Source: an uncultured delta proteobacterium (lineage in GTDB: Bacteria; Desulfobacterota; Desulfobacteria; Desulfobacterales; Desulfatirhabdiaceae). From it: a stretch of 64,000 nt of DNA. Where the stretch lies: NCBI GenBank assembly GCA_963789395.1, contig CAWBKP010000011.1, forward strand, positions 1-64,000, written 5' to 3'. Below are positions 11,787 through 22,353 of this stretch, piece by piece. The stretch's first letter is position 1. Every line of letters begins with the position of its first letter. The notes beneath the pieces were generated by a model that was not told the DNA's origin, made no database searches, and worked only from the letters and a program-made list of their open reading frames with translations. The translations under genes and the position numbers were made by a program.

Positions 11787-12759
11787 TTACTCCGGGTTAT
11801 AAGGTGTTTTCCGAATCTGATACTGCAATCCGCTTGCCGTGTTCTCCAGAATCCCCCAGTGAATAAATCCGTTTTCATAGGTGTTTCCAATGCCTATGAA
11901 CATTACCCCTCCCACAACGTGATGTTTCCATTCCCCGCTTTCGGAAAACACGACAAGCCGCACAGAGAATTGAGGTGTCATCGCTTCCAGGGCCGGGAAA
12001 ACACTTTCATCTTTCATGAACCGGGTCAGGTCACAGACCATGTTCATTTCCAGGGCAAACGGGGCAAAATCCGAATATCCGGGCAGATCCTGAATGTAGC
12101 CGCCGTAAAATGCCATCCCTTTTTCATCGCCGATCTGAAACGACAGCACCTGTGGCAATCGGAGCAGCATGTCTCTGTTTTTGAGAGAGAGAGGCGAATC
12201 GGAAATGGCTTCTTTCCCCTGGGCGTATTGCCAGTCCAGTTGTCCGGCAATGGATTGAATCTTATTTTTAGTGATCATTGTGACAACGTTGTCGTTCTGT
12301 TTTGATAAACCCGTGAGATTTCCAACACTGTAAATGGCATGTACGTGCTCGTCCTGAACGGCATGCAGCAATCCGGTTAAGACTTCCTGGTTTCCGTCAA
12401 GATTTCCGATAAAACAAATCTTACCTCTGGGATACAGCATCTTCATAAACCTTAAAGGATGCGACAGGCTGAAGATCACCGTTTTTTACAGCGGCAAAGG
12501 CTCTGGCAAGCTGATCCGGGCAGGAGGTGGCGTTTCGGCAGTCGATTCCGGACAAGTAATCGATGATGGCGTTCATGGGTTTACCATCTAATAGTCGCCC
12601 GACCAGCAGGGCATTTCCCGGGCAGCCGCCGCCGACAAAACGCACCTGGTGAACCGTGCCTTCCTCGCTCAGCCGGAAGTGGATTTCCGGTGGGCAGACC
12701 CCCTGGGTATGAAAGACATAGCTTTCGAATTCTTCATGTTGTTCCACAGCACCTCTCAA
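11787..12759 (-). CDS. TSCPD/TIGR03905-like domain plus metallophosphoesterase-like domain (likely one frameshifted gene)
   Basis: GVCP..I, FVGGGCPGN, CRNATSCPDQLA; second part 'CFIGNLDGN', 'YSVGNL'; ORFs overlap at 12421-12479. Confidence 0.6.
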
Positions 12760-12795
12760 GACCCGACATTCTTACCGAATCGACGCGTGTTTCTG

Positions 12796-12829
12796 AAAAA
12801 AAACCCCCTCTCTTTTCAGGAGGGGGTTT
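12796..12829 (-). terminator. Intrinsic terminator downstream of the thioredoxin reductase gene
   Basis: AAACCCCCTC...GAGGGGGTTT stem followed by a T run on the minus strand. Confidence 0.7.
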
Positions 12830-12855
12830 GGATGAAAAAGAAACCATTTCAGGAG

Positions 12856-13776
12856 CTATTGTTTTAACTGCAAAAACTCGGCCGCATACGTGGCAGCCCG
12901 CGCTCCGTCCGCACAGGCGGTAATAATCTGTTTCAGGTCCGAATCCCGAACGTCCCCGGCCGCAAAAAGCCCGGCACAGGAAGTCATCAGTTTGGCATCG
13001 GTTTTCAGAAACCCTTCCGGAGTTGCCGCAACCGGAAAGCGAATCATCGATACATTGGGCACCCAGCCGATAGAGAGAAACAGCCCGTCCGCGGACAATT
13101 CTTTTGCTTGTCCACCGGGGGAAGACACCTGTATGCCCTTCAGTTCATTTTCGCCGATAAACGCCTGCACCTCGGTATTCAGCAGCACCTCCACATTTTC
13201 CGCCATACTCACGGCCTTTTGAAGGGAGGCACTCATACTCAGAATTGGACCTTTATCCACAAGGATCACCTTTTTGGCGATCTTGGACAGAAAAACGCAC
13301 AGATGCCCCCCGCGCTCTCCAGCACCGACTACAATGATCACCGCGTCCTTGCCGCGATATAGCGGGCCGTCGCACATCGCACAATAGTGGATGCCATCCA
13401 AAGCCGCATTCTGAACATTCAGCCGTTTCGGCGTCGAACCCGCGGCGATCAATGCCACGGGCGCCGCAAAGATGTTTCCTGACGTGTCTTTGGCGACAAA
13501 ACGCTCCCCGCTTTTTTCGAGGCTGTCCACATTGGTCGCGGTGAAATTGGCCCCTTCCAACTGGGCCTGGGTATACATGAAGACGCCCAACTGCATCCCC
13601 GGCACGCCTTCGTGAAATCCGGGATAGTTTTTCACCGATTCGATCATGTAAAGATTTCCGCCCGGCGTGTCTCCGAAGACAGTGGCGGACAGGCCCTGGC
13701 GCTGGCAGTAAATGGCGGCCGAGAGACCGGCGGGGCCGGTACCGATGATGATCAGGTCACAGTGTTTTTCTTCCAT
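12856..13776 (-). CDS. trxB: Thioredoxin-disulfide reductase
   Basis: IIGTGPAGLSAA, YCAMCDG, GLFAAGDV, QIITACADG. Confidence 0.88.
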   Translation of the reverse strand: MEEKHCDLIIIGTGPAGLSAAIYCQRQGLSATVFGDTPGGNLYMIESVKNYPGFHEGVPGMQLGVFMYTQAQLEGANFTATNVDSLEKSGERFVAKDTSGNIFAAPVALIAAGSTPKRLNVQNAALDGIHYCAMCDGPLYRGKDAVIIVVGAGERGGHLCVFLSKIAKKVILVDKGPILSMSASLQKAVSMAENVEVLLNTEVQAFIGENELKGIQVSSPGGQAKELSADGLFLSIGWVPNVSMIRFPVAATPEGFLKTDAKLMTSCAGLFAAGDVRDSDLKQIITACADGARAATYAAEFLQLKQ

Positions 13777-13813
13777 CTAAATCCTCACGATGAACAGGAT
13801 AATAGCCAGCGGG

Positions 13814-14860
13814 CTATTTATTCACTCCGGAAAAGGGCTGAAAGACGCCCCTGCTGCTCCAGTTACCCGTTTTCAGCGCCTGCTCGATTCCCGGCATCAC
13901 ATCCGGCGGCCCGATGAAGACAAGCGTATTTCTGTTTTTGATCCGGTGTTCCGGAACATGGGTTTTATCAATGCTCCAGGTACCCATGACATAGGAAAAA
14001 AGGTACCACACCCCGTTCTCGACAACAAACCCTTTGCTTCGGATCACATTGGCGGGAAGGTCACGGGCCATTTTCCGGACTTCGTCCAGATCCGTTCCGC
14101 TCCAGGTGTAAGCTGTCGACACCAGCAGATCCGGCGGGGTGATTTCCAGATTCGGGTCGTTTAAAAGCTCTTCCACATAAACATCCAGTTCGGCATCTGT
14201 CAGTATGTTCGTATCACCGTTTACAGCGGGACCGGCATCCTCAACAGATGGCGCCATGTCCGGAAAATACTGCTCGAACGGAATATTTGAAAACGTGGTT
14301 TCGTAAAAAACAGGAGACGGATGGCTTTCGCATATCATCTTCTTGATTTCCGCAATCTCTCCTGCTTTGGCCAGATCTGTTTTATTGAGAATAAATACAC
14401 TGGAGGATGCGATCTGCTTTTCCAGAGACGCAAATGCCTGATAGGCATCCAGAAAATGACCGGCATCGATGGTGCAGAACTGCTCCTGGAACTGGAACCG
14501 TTTTCCGAAAATCGGAAGCTGAAGATCCCGCTTGAGATCGGATGGATTGGCCACACCGGTAGATTCGATGATCAGAACATCCGGTTTGACCTTCGTGACA
14601 AGCTCATACAGTCCCTTGATAAAGTCCGTCTTGACGCACACGCAGAAAATCGATCCCCGGCTGATTTCCATCATATCGATGTCTTCGCCTTCCACGAGCG
14701 TCCCATCAATGCCGATTTCGCCGAATTCGTTCATGAGAATCGTCAATTTGCGGTTTTTCGGGAAACGATCGATAATCCGGTTCAGGAAAGTTGTCTTGCC
14801 GGATCCCAGAAATCCCGTAATCAGATAAACACGCGTGACAGAAGATCTATTGTCCGACAT
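13814..14860 (-). CDS. CobW/COG0523 GTPase
   Basis: TGFLGSGKTT, NEFG, GSIFCVC, ESTG, NKTD, RSKGF. Confidence 0.9.
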   Translation of the reverse strand: MSDNRSSVTRVYLITGFLGSGKTTFLNRIIDRFPKNRKLTILMNEFGEIGIDGTLVEGEDIDMMEISRGSIFCVCVKTDFIKGLYELVTKVKPDVLIIESTGVANPSDLKRDLQLPIFGKRFQFQEQFCTIDAGHFLDAYQAFASLEKQIASSSVFILNKTDLAKAGEIAEIKKMICESHPSPVFYETTFSNIPFEQYFPDMAPSVEDAGPAVNGDTNILTDAELDVYVEELLNDPNLEITPPDLLVSTAYTWSGTDLDEVRKMARDLPANVIRSKGFVVENGVWYLFSYVMGTWSIDKTHVPEHRIKNRNTLVFIGPPDVMPGIEQALKTGNWSSRGVFQPFSGVNK

Positions 14861-14862
14861 GG

Positions 14863-15108
14863 CTATAAGCTCTCCTTGATTTTGGCCTTGATCTGGTCGG
14901 CGCTCATCGCCTTACCGGAAGAAACCACCGTTCCGTCGATGACAAGACCGGGAGTCATGAACACCCCCATTTTTGCAAAATACATAATGTCGCTGACCTT
15001 TTCCACAACGATGTTTTTTTCAGGGCCGACTTCAGCTACTGCTTCCAACACAGCCTGGTAAAGATTTTCACAACTCTTGCAGCCTGTGCCAAGAACCTCG
15101 ATTTTCAT
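14863..15108 (-). CDS. Small redox-active disulfide protein (MTH895/thioredoxin_3-like)
   Basis: MKIEVLGTGCKSC ... TPGLVIDG. Confidence 0.88.
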   Translation of the reverse strand: MKIEVLGTGCKSCENLYQAVLEAVAEVGPEKNIVVEKVSDIMYFAKMGVFMTPGLVIDGTVVSSGKAMSADQIKAKIKESL

Positions 15109-15170
15109 CCTCGGATCTCCTTTTGAAACGGGTTAAGGCTTCGGATCGGGGCAGCAATCAGCTTAGCCCC

Positions 15171-15467
15171 TCATTCGGTCAACGGCACTGCCTGAGAACC
15201 GGCAGATGTAATGCGCAGCGGGTTCTGACAAAACTTGCACACGCCCAGCACACTTTCAGGCATCTCGAAGCGGCACCATATCTCTTTATATACAGTCAGC
15301 ACGCTTAAATCGATTGCACCGTCAAGTTTCTGCGGGGGTTCCAATTCGCGGATCCGATCCAACTTGCCGCAATACGGGCATTTCAAACCAAAAAGCGCCC
15401 TGTCCGTCCGGGGCAATTCCGCTTCAATTAATAATCGCTGGAGTGTTTCAATCTGATCTATCACCAA
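15171..15467 (-). CDS. Hypothetical protein with two CxxC motifs (possible zinc ribbon)
   Basis: CPYC and CKFC; co-oriented with neighbours. Confidence 0.6.
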   Translation of the reverse strand: MVIDQIETLQRLLIEAELPRTDRALFGLKCPYCGKLDRIRELEPPQKLDGAIDLSVLTVYKEIWCRFEMPESVLGVCKFCQNPLRITSAGSQAVPLTE

Positions 15468-15583
15468 TAAACCATGTATGTTGACGCATTCAAATTGGAG
15501 TGGTTAACCGGACACCTGCATTCCGTAGAGAAACGGGTGTGAGGCATGGGGAGGGATGTTACACCTCACACCCGACACTGATT

Positions 15584-15619
15584 CTTCAAGGACAGGGCAA
15601 AAGCGCCCTGTCCTTGAAG
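15584..15619. terminator. 15-bp perfect hairpin after ORF 15633-16025 (terminator or mRNA stabiliser)
   Basis: CTTCAAGGACAGGGC-AAAAGC-GCCCTGTCCTTGAAG; no U tract. Confidence 0.5.
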
Positions 15620-15632
15620 CGTCGGCATTGTA

Positions 15633-16025
15633 TTACGAATCCACCCGGGTATTCATCCCCGAGCCGGCCTTGCCAAGGTTTTCCTGAATCTTGTCAAACT
15701 CAAACCCGACACCTCGCAACGAAATAATCCGTTGTTTCATGGCATCGTTGGGAGCGCGCTTGGCCATTTCATCAATCAGCTCTTCGTATTGCGGAATGAT
15801 GCTTTCAAAAACCAGGTCTCTTTCAATGCAGATGGTGGGAAGCACTTTGCCTTTCAGCTCCATGAATTTCCCCACGCCATCCTTGTTTTTAATCGACCAT
15901 TCCTTGTAAACAATCATTTCCTGGACGTCTTTGGGCAGGGCTGCGATGGATTCCATCATATAACCGCAGGCCGCGCATTGAACGCTGTCCAGAGTTAAGA
16001 CATCAATAGTGATAACATCTGCCAT
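15633..16025 (-). CDS. Thioredoxin-fold CxxC protein, partner of methyltransferase 2
   Basis: IDVLTLDSVQCAACGYM ... LPTICI ... FESIIP; AGGAGG RBS. Confidence 0.8.
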   Translation of the reverse strand: MADVITIDVLTLDSVQCAACGYMMESIAALPKDVQEMIVYKEWSIKNKDGVGKFMELKGKVLPTICIERDLVFESIIPQYEELIDEMAKRAPNDAMKQRIISLRGVGFEFDKIQENLGKAGSGMNTRVDS

Positions 16026-16068
16026 AATTCAAACCCTCCTTTAAAGAGTCCTTTGAGCGGGTTTGTTC

Positions 16069-17104
16069 TTAGAGACCTGCCGGATATTTGGCATAGTACT
16101 GATTGTACCAATCTCTCGCTTCCATTGCCTGGTCCATATGTTCCAACGGAACATCGTAAGGCATGTCTCAGCCAGGTGCGAAGGTATATCCATGCTGACC
16201 TCCTGCAGCCAGACTGACGATAGCGTCCTCGCGCGGAGACAGAAGGCCGAGACTCAGTGCGAGTGTCAGCTTCAGGTTGCCGCCAAAGCCCACGCCGTAT
16301 TTGCGGGCCAGGTCGCGGATGAAGTTCATGTTCATCTGCTCATCGATGGCAAAACCATGGGTGCCGATCTGGCAGACTTCATCCATGACCTTGGTGGCAT
16401 CGCCGCAGATAAAAAAAGATGAGGTCAGGCCGGCATCATGAATGACCTTGTTCGCGGCCTGGCTGTTGGGGGTGACATATTCGCGGAAGGTTTGCGGGTT
16501 TGATCTGAGAGGCAACCGGATCCACGTTCGCAATGATATCGCATCCCATTTCCGCGTAGAATTCCGCGGCTCTGGCGCCGATTTCACCGGCGAACTTACA
16601 GACTTCCGCAGCAAAATCCTTGTTCTTGTAAACATCGGTAAAAAGACGCACACCTGCCAGATGGGCACCAAGGGTCAAGGGACCGCAAAAAAGACCCATC
16701 AGCGCACAGTCCAGGTCTTCCAGCTGCGGCTTGGCAATTTTGGCTGCCTTGAAAATAACCGGCCAGCGGCCGGAATCTTTGGTCGGAAGTTTCAGTCCGG
16801 CTTCTTTTGGTGTTTTATTGGAGCATGGATGGGTCGTTACGGAAGGCACATTGTCGGGCCACCATTTCAGATCGCATCCAATGGAATTGGCCTCTACCGA
16901 CAGATCAAACAGCAGCGGAATACCGTCGGCCTTATACCGCTTGGCAGTTGCCACTACGCCTTTGGCGAGAAGCTCGGGATCCTGGAGAAATTTGTCTGCT
17001 GGTTCATTGATGATATGGGCGCAATGCACTCCAGCATAAGGCACCCACGGCGCGTAATCGGTTCTTTTCCCCCGATATGCGTCCAGCAACATCTGTTTTG
17101 CCAT
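16069..17104 (-). CDS. MtaA/URO-D family methyltransferase 2, predicted selenoprotein (TGA at 16168-16170; frameshift near 16500)
   Basis: PWVPYAG, FDLSVEA, GPLTL, FFICGD; FAPG-TGA-DMPYDVPLEH continues to TAA at 16069; SECIS-like hairpin at 16138-16154. Confidence 0.85.
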
Positions 17105-17333
17105 AATTTCAATCCTTTCTTGTGTGTTATGTTCTATTAAAAAACATTCTTACACTTTTTGAAAATATCCTAGCAACACCTCCTTTCTATTGAATTTGGC
17201 GGCACGAAAACAGCCACATACAATCCAATAAATTAAATATAAAAATTATCATATATTGAATTTAATTCATTATAACAGACAGTTTTAGCCATTACATGCA
17301 ATAAACAACCCCATCAAATCCAGAAATCCGGAA

Positions 17334-17951
17334 TTACTCCAGAAGAATAATCCCGTAATAGTTGAACACATCCTCCGTGTTGACCGCAACATGGGATGTG
17401 CCGCCGAGATTCCGAAGCGTTCCGATGACATCGATGGAAAACGATTCGATCATCGGCCGCTTTTCCTGGGGGAATTTGCATGGCTCGGGATACGCGCATT
17501 TCTTGCAAAGCGAACAGACCCCGCTGACCAGTGCAAAAGCCTTGTAATAGCCTTCCAGAAACAATATCCGTTCCGCACTCAGAATGCCTTTCCAGTAACG
17601 GACATTGCCTGTTCTTTTCCTGCAGTTGTCCAGATAAAAATCGGTGCACTGCCGATGTCCGGTCAACAAGAGCGCCGTGGTGTATTCCCCGAGAATCGCA
17701 CGGGCTTTTTCCGGTTCCGGGGTCGCCGGGGGACAGCACCAGCTTGTTCCGAACTTGATGCACCCATAACGGCATTTCAGGTTCACCCAGTCCTTGACGA
17801 TAATTTTTTCAATGGGAAATGGGAAGATCGCGGAGATACCGTGTTCCTTGCACTTTTTGAGAAGACGCCCCATTAATGCACTGGAAATTCCGCTATTATT
17901 TCTGAATTCCACGACATTGTTCCTGTCTTTCAAAATGTGATCGCATTTCAT
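17334..17951 (-). CDS. DUF2284 predicted metal-binding protein
   Basis: KCRYGC...CPP, GVCSLCKKCAYPEPC, RPMIESFSIDV. Confidence 0.85.
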   Translation of the reverse strand: MKCDHILKDRNNVVEFRNNSGISSALMGRLLKKCKEHGISAIFPFPIEKIIVKDWVNLKCRYGCIKFGTSWCCPPATPEPEKARAILGEYTTALLLTGHRQCTDFYLDNCRKRTGNVRYWKGILSAERILFLEGYYKAFALVSGVCSLCKKCAYPEPCKFPQEKRPMIESFSIDVIGTLRNLGGTSHVAVNTEDVFNYYGIILLE

Positions 17952-17966
17952 GGATGCGCCTTTTCC

Positions 17967-18314
17967 TCATGATTTAAATTGAATAACGACATCGCGTTTC
18001 AAGGCCAGCCCCAATGCCACTTCCGCGACTTTGATGACAGCGGTGGGAATGGCGCATGATGGATGGCATCCGGCCTTTTCTGCACAGACAAAGACCGGAT
18101 TCCGGGTCAATGGGAGAAAAATGTCCCTAAGACTAATCTGGGTCACCATCTCTGAAAGCCGTTTAATCTGTTTACATTCCGAACCTTCAATGTCGATCTC
18201 TACTTTCCGGGCTTCCAGCTTTCGGGCGCATATGGTGCATGCGAATCCGCAGATCCCTGGATCCACGCGAACGCATGCACCATCGCCCGTATGTTTTGTT
18301 TCAGTATTCACCAA
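17967..18314 (-). CDS. Cys-rich hypothetical protein (DUF6951-like)
   Basis: PGICGF, SEC, CHPSCAIP, KVAEVALGLAL. Confidence 0.65.
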   Translation of the reverse strand: MVNTETKHTGDGACVRVDPGICGFACTICARKLEARKVEIDIEGSECKQIKRLSEMVTQISLRDIFLPLTRNPVFVCAEKAGCHPSCAIPTAVIKVAEVALGLALKRDVVIQFKS

Positions 18315-18318
18315 AATT

Positions 18319-20403
18319 CTACTTGGCGCCTTTCATTCCCTGATGCAGGATTTCCGGCAGAACCACCCCTTCCAGATGCGGAAATTCATCCGTCATGTGC
18401 GGCAGCTGCATGGCTTCCATGAAATCCTGCTCAAATGTCGGTTCCACCGTCAGTTCAATGTATTCGACATTGCGGGAGCACCAGTTGGCTTCACTTCGTT
18501 TTTTCACGTTCAACAGCGCTGCACGGCAGCCGTCACCGGCCGCATTCCCTACGCCCTCGATCTTTTCAATTTCGCAATCCGGGAAAAGACCCATGGTAAG
18601 CGCCTTGGTACGATCCACATGGGTGCCGAAAGCACCGGCAATCTTGACACGATCGACTTTTTCAACGCCCATCCGTTTCACCATCAGTTTACAGCCGGCA
18701 TACAGCGCACCCTTGGCCAACTGGATCTGACGGATATCTTTCTGGGTGATGACAATGTCTTTATCGATAGACGATTCTTCTTTGAACGCCAGAATGAATT
18801 CAGGCTGACCCGTATCCGCATTCTTTCGGAACCGGGGATGGTCTTTGAGAACTTTCTTGTTGAAAACACCGGTTTTTGTGATGACGCCGGATGAATACAG
18901 CTCAGCCAGAACATCCAGAATTCCGGATCCGCATATCCCCTTTGCCTTCATTTCCTGAGGTTCGGAGAATTTTCTCCAGGCATCCCGACCGATCACTTTA
19001 TAATTGACTTCAAAGGTGCCGGGTTCGATCTCGATACGCTCAATGGCGCCGGGTGCGGCGCGCATGCCGTAGGAAAGCTGTGCGCCCTCCAGCGCGGGAC
19101 CCGTGGCACAGGAAGAAGAGATCAACTTGTGGCGGTTACCGAGCACGAGTTCGCCGTTGGTTCCAATGTCAATGATAAGCTGAATATCATCGCTCTTGTA
19201 GGGTTCTTCACAGATCAGCACGCCCACGTTATCCGCTCCCACAAATCCGGCTTCATTGGGAAGCACGAATACATACGTGGATGGGTTGACTTTGATACCC
19301 AGATCACGGGCACGGATATCCATGCTATGGTGAATCACAGGCGGGAAAGGCGCCATGCCGACAAACTGGGGATCCAGGCCAAGGAAAATATGATGCATGG
19401 CCGTGTTGAATCCGATGGTGATATCTTCGACATCTTCCGTCTTGATCCTCAGATAGGTTTTGCCTTCTTCCGGGGCTTCGACAAATTCATCCGGTCCAGT
19501 TTCCCCTTTTTTCTTCTTGACTTTTTTCAGGGGAGGATGGGTTTCGGCAACGGCCTTGGCAATCAATTCATTCACACCTTCGACAATGTCATCACTCATG
19601 CGCTGAAGACCGTCGGGAGTAGTCATGTGAAAGGTGATTCTGGCCATGACATCTTCACCGTATTTACACTGGGGGTTCATCATCGACGCCGTGTTGATGA
19701 CTTCCTTGGTGGTGAGATCGCAAAGATAACCGGCCACGGTTGTGGTTCCCACATCGATCGCGATACCATAGGCGTGTTCCACTTTGCCGGGCTGGACGCG
19801 AATGACTTCTTTTTCATTCCAGACACTGACCGTAACACAATAATTACCGTCCCGCAAAGCACAGGGGAGTTTGCGCAGGGTCTGAATATCCACTTCGAGG
19901 ACATCCGGCAGACCGTATTCCCTGGACAGCGCCTTGCAGACCCTTTCAAAATCTCCGAGACAATCTTCAAATGTCGGTTTAACCACTTGGACATAATAGA
20001 GCCTGACAGCCGGGTCCCAGTCAATCTTGATGTCGCGGGCGGCCTTTGAAACCACCTGTTTGCCGGCACGGGACTCTTCGGGTACGAATACAAGCAGATC
20101 GCCCTCAACCTTGGCCACGCAGCCAAGGCGATAGCCTTTGGCCTGATTTTCTGCATTGATGAATTTAGACTCGACCTCGGGCTGCCAGGCACTCGTATTC
20201 TTCATGCCTGAGATAACACCGTATTTCTCGAAATTTCCTTCTTCAATCCGAACAATACATTTACCGCATACTTTTTTTTCGCCGCAGAGCGCTTCGATAT
20301 CCACGCCCAAAAGCCGGGAGGCCTCAATCAAGTTAGTCCCCTTGGGAACTTCACCCCGCCGGCCGGAAGGCTGAAAAATTACCATAGCCTTGTTGTGATC
20401 CAT
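18319..20403 (-). CDS. RamA/RACo-type ATP-dependent corrinoid reductive activator (2Fe-2S plus ASKHA)
   Basis: CGEKKVCGKC...RLGC, DVGTTT, NPQ..YGEDV, DIGTNGE, GICGSG, AGAFG, GNAAG. Confidence 0.92.
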   Translation of the reverse strand: MDHNKAMVIFQPSGRRGEVPKGTNLIEASRLLGVDIEALCGEKKVCGKCIVRIEEGNFEKYGVISGMKNTSAWQPEVESKFINAENQAKGYRLGCVAKVEGDLLVFVPEESRAGKQVVSKAARDIKIDWDPAVRLYYVQVVKPTFEDCLGDFERVCKALSREYGLPDVLEVDIQTLRKLPCALRDGNYCVTVSVWNEKEVIRVQPGKVEHAYGIAIDVGTTTVAGYLCDLTTKEVINTASMMNPQCKYGEDVMARITFHMTTPDGLQRMSDDIVEGVNELIAKAVAETHPPLKKVKKKKGETGPDEFVEAPEEGKTYLRIKTEDVEDITIGFNTAMHHIFLGLDPQFVGMAPFPPVIHHSMDIRARDLGIKVNPSTYVFVLPNEAGFVGADNVGVLICEEPYKSDDIQLIIDIGTNGELVLGNRHKLISSSCATGPALEGAQLSYGMRAAPGAIERIEIEPGTFEVNYKVIGRDAWRKFSEPQEMKAKGICGSGILDVLAELYSSGVITKTGVFNKKVLKDHPRFRKNADTGQPEFILAFKEESSIDKDIVITQKDIRQIQLAKGALYAGCKLMVKRMGVEKVDRVKIAGAFGTHVDRTKALTMGLFPDCEIEKIEGVGNAAGDGCRAALLNVKKRSEANWCSRNVEYIELTVEPTFEQDFMEAMQLPHMTDEFPHLEGVVLPEILHQGMKGAK

Positions 20404-20501
20404 TCAAATGTCTCCTCTTTCCGCTGAAACACAAAAAGCGATGGGCATTGTATCGGGCATGAACTGTTGCCTTAAACAGTGCCCATCACCACTTTGATTG
20501 T

Positions 20502-21179
20502 TTATTTTTTGCTGGCCTGAAATTCACGCAAACGTCCGATCATCTTGATGCCTTCAGAAACCGCATTTCCGGCGGAGTCTGCATAACCGTCAGCGCCGAA
20601 CAGATTCGCAACATCCTTGGTAACCGGAGCGCCGCCCAGCATGATGAGACATTCCGGATTTTTCTCTTTGATCATTGCGATAACTTTCTTCATGCCCAGC
20701 ATGGTGGTCGTCATCATGGCTGACATGGCGACAACTTCGGAGTTGGTATCAAGCTGTTTTTCGACGAACTGTTCCAGCGGCACATCGCGGCCCAGATCAT
20801 GTACGCCCCATCCGGCAACGTCAAACATCATCTTTACCAGGTTTTTGCCGATATCATGAACATCGCCCTGAATGGAGCCGATAACCACCTGGGCATTCAC
20901 GCCGCTGTCGGATTTTGGAATATGGGGCCGCAAAATGGCAAGACCCGCGTAAAGCGCATCTGCACACATCAGAACTTCGGGAACAAAATACTCATTGGTA
21001 TCATAGAGACGACCGACTTCTTCCATACCGGCGGCAAGTCCGTTCATGACGGCTTCCATCGGTGTGAGGGTGTTCGGATTGTCCAGTACTTCCTGAGAGA
21101 GTTCTTTGCAGGCATCTTCATCGTACTCGACCACAGCATCCGCAAGCGCTTTTAACAGTTCTTCTTTTGATTTAGACAT
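20502..21179 (-). CDS. Methyltransferase cognate corrinoid protein 2
   Basis: GDVHDIGKNLV, DLGRDVP, SAMMTTTM, GGAP. Confidence 0.93.
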   Translation of the reverse strand: MSKSKEELLKALADAVVEYDEDACKELSQEVLDNPNTLTPMEAVMNGLAAGMEEVGRLYDTNEYFVPEVLMCADALYAGLAILRPHIPKSDSGVNAQVVIGSIQGDVHDIGKNLVKMMFDVAGWGVHDLGRDVPLEQFVEKQLDTNSEVVAMSAMMTTTMLGMKKVIAMIKEKNPECLIMLGGAPVTKDVANLFGADGYADSAGNAVSEGIKMIGRLREFQASKK

Positions 21180-21260
21180 GTTGTTTTCCTTTCCAGTCCA
21201 AAATAAATTGAGTTCAAGAAGGTTGAAGAAAATCGATTTATTTCTCAACCTTTAACTTAA

Positions 21261-22304
21261 TTAAATCCGTCCGATCGCCGGCGACGGTTTCTTGCCGTAT
21301 TCACGGGTGGTATTGACCCAGGCTTTGACGTTATCCATTTTCACATCCGGCCACAGGTCACAACCCGGCCATACTGCATCCACGCCGTCATCAATGCATT
21401 TCTTCACTACCGTTTTCACATCCTCCGGGTTTTCCATCTGAACCAGCGTGCCGTAAGGATCAAAATTGCCCAGAACAATGACGTCGTTTCCGACAACTTC
21501 CCGGGTTTTGGCAAGCGTATTTTTCTGATCAAAAGAAAGTGCATCCGCACCGCACTGGTTCATCAGCGAAACAATCATATCCGTGCCTCCGCAAATATGC
21601 AGGACAGCAGGCTTTTTCAGTTCACTGAAAATCCGGGTCAGGTGGGGCTGAATCAACGAATTCCACATTTTCGGGGAAAGCAGATCCGTTCCGGAGCCCA
21701 TTTCACGGATGTTCAGAAAATCCACACCGAGACTTTCATAGTGTTTGATACTTTCAATCACGATATCGGTCATTTTCGTCAAAAAGGCGTCAACCGCTTC
21801 CTTGTTTTTCTTGGCACCCTTTAACAGCAGTCCAAGTTCGATGATCTGGCCGGCCAGCGTAAAGGGTCCGAGCTGCCAGGCACCGACCGCAAACCGTCCG
21901 TCTTTCACCAGAATTTTGAACGCCTCATCCACAACCGGCATTCTTTCTCTCTTCATAAAATCGGCCGGGATGTTAACGGCTTCAAGGGTTTCCCATTTAT
22001 TGGGGACCGTGGGATAAAGAATGTCTTCGGAGTTTTCATACAGCGTCAACCCGCACCCAACGGCCTGTGCGATGGTGGCCATATCGTAGGGAACACACAC
22101 TGCGTCCAGTCCGCACATTTCGCTCGACTTCAGGGCGGACCCTGCCAGGAGTTCTGCGGTCGTGTGAACCTGTGCAAATTTGACGCCCATCGCGTTCACG
22201 GCCTGAATCACAACGGTTCCCATACCGGAAAAAACCGGCATGGTGTCGATGGGTTCTTTCTTGAAAAATTTATTTACTCTTTCTTTGGATGTAAGTTCTG
22301 CCAT
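21261..22304 (-). CDS. MtaA/CmuA family methyltransferase 3
   Basis: GPFTLA, LHICG, WPGCD. Confidence 0.9.
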   Translation of the reverse strand: MAELTSKERVNKFFKKEPIDTMPVFSGMGTVVIQAVNAMGVKFAQVHTTAELLAGSALKSSEMCGLDAVCVPYDMATIAQAVGCGLTLYENSEDILYPTVPNKWETLEAVNIPADFMKRERMPVVDEAFKILVKDGRFAVGAWQLGPFTLAGQIIELGLLLKGAKKNKEAVDAFLTKMTDIVIESIKHYESLGVDFLNIREMGSGTDLLSPKMWNSLIQPHLTRIFSELKKPAVLHICGGTDMIVSLMNQCGADALSFDQKNTLAKTREVVGNDVIVLGNFDPYGTLVQMENPEDVKTVVKKCIDDGVDAVWPGCDLWPDVKMDNVKAWVNTTREYGKKPSPAIGRI

Positions 22305-22353
22305 GATAATTCCTTTCAGGTTCTGTTATATCGTTCAATAATCATAAAATACC

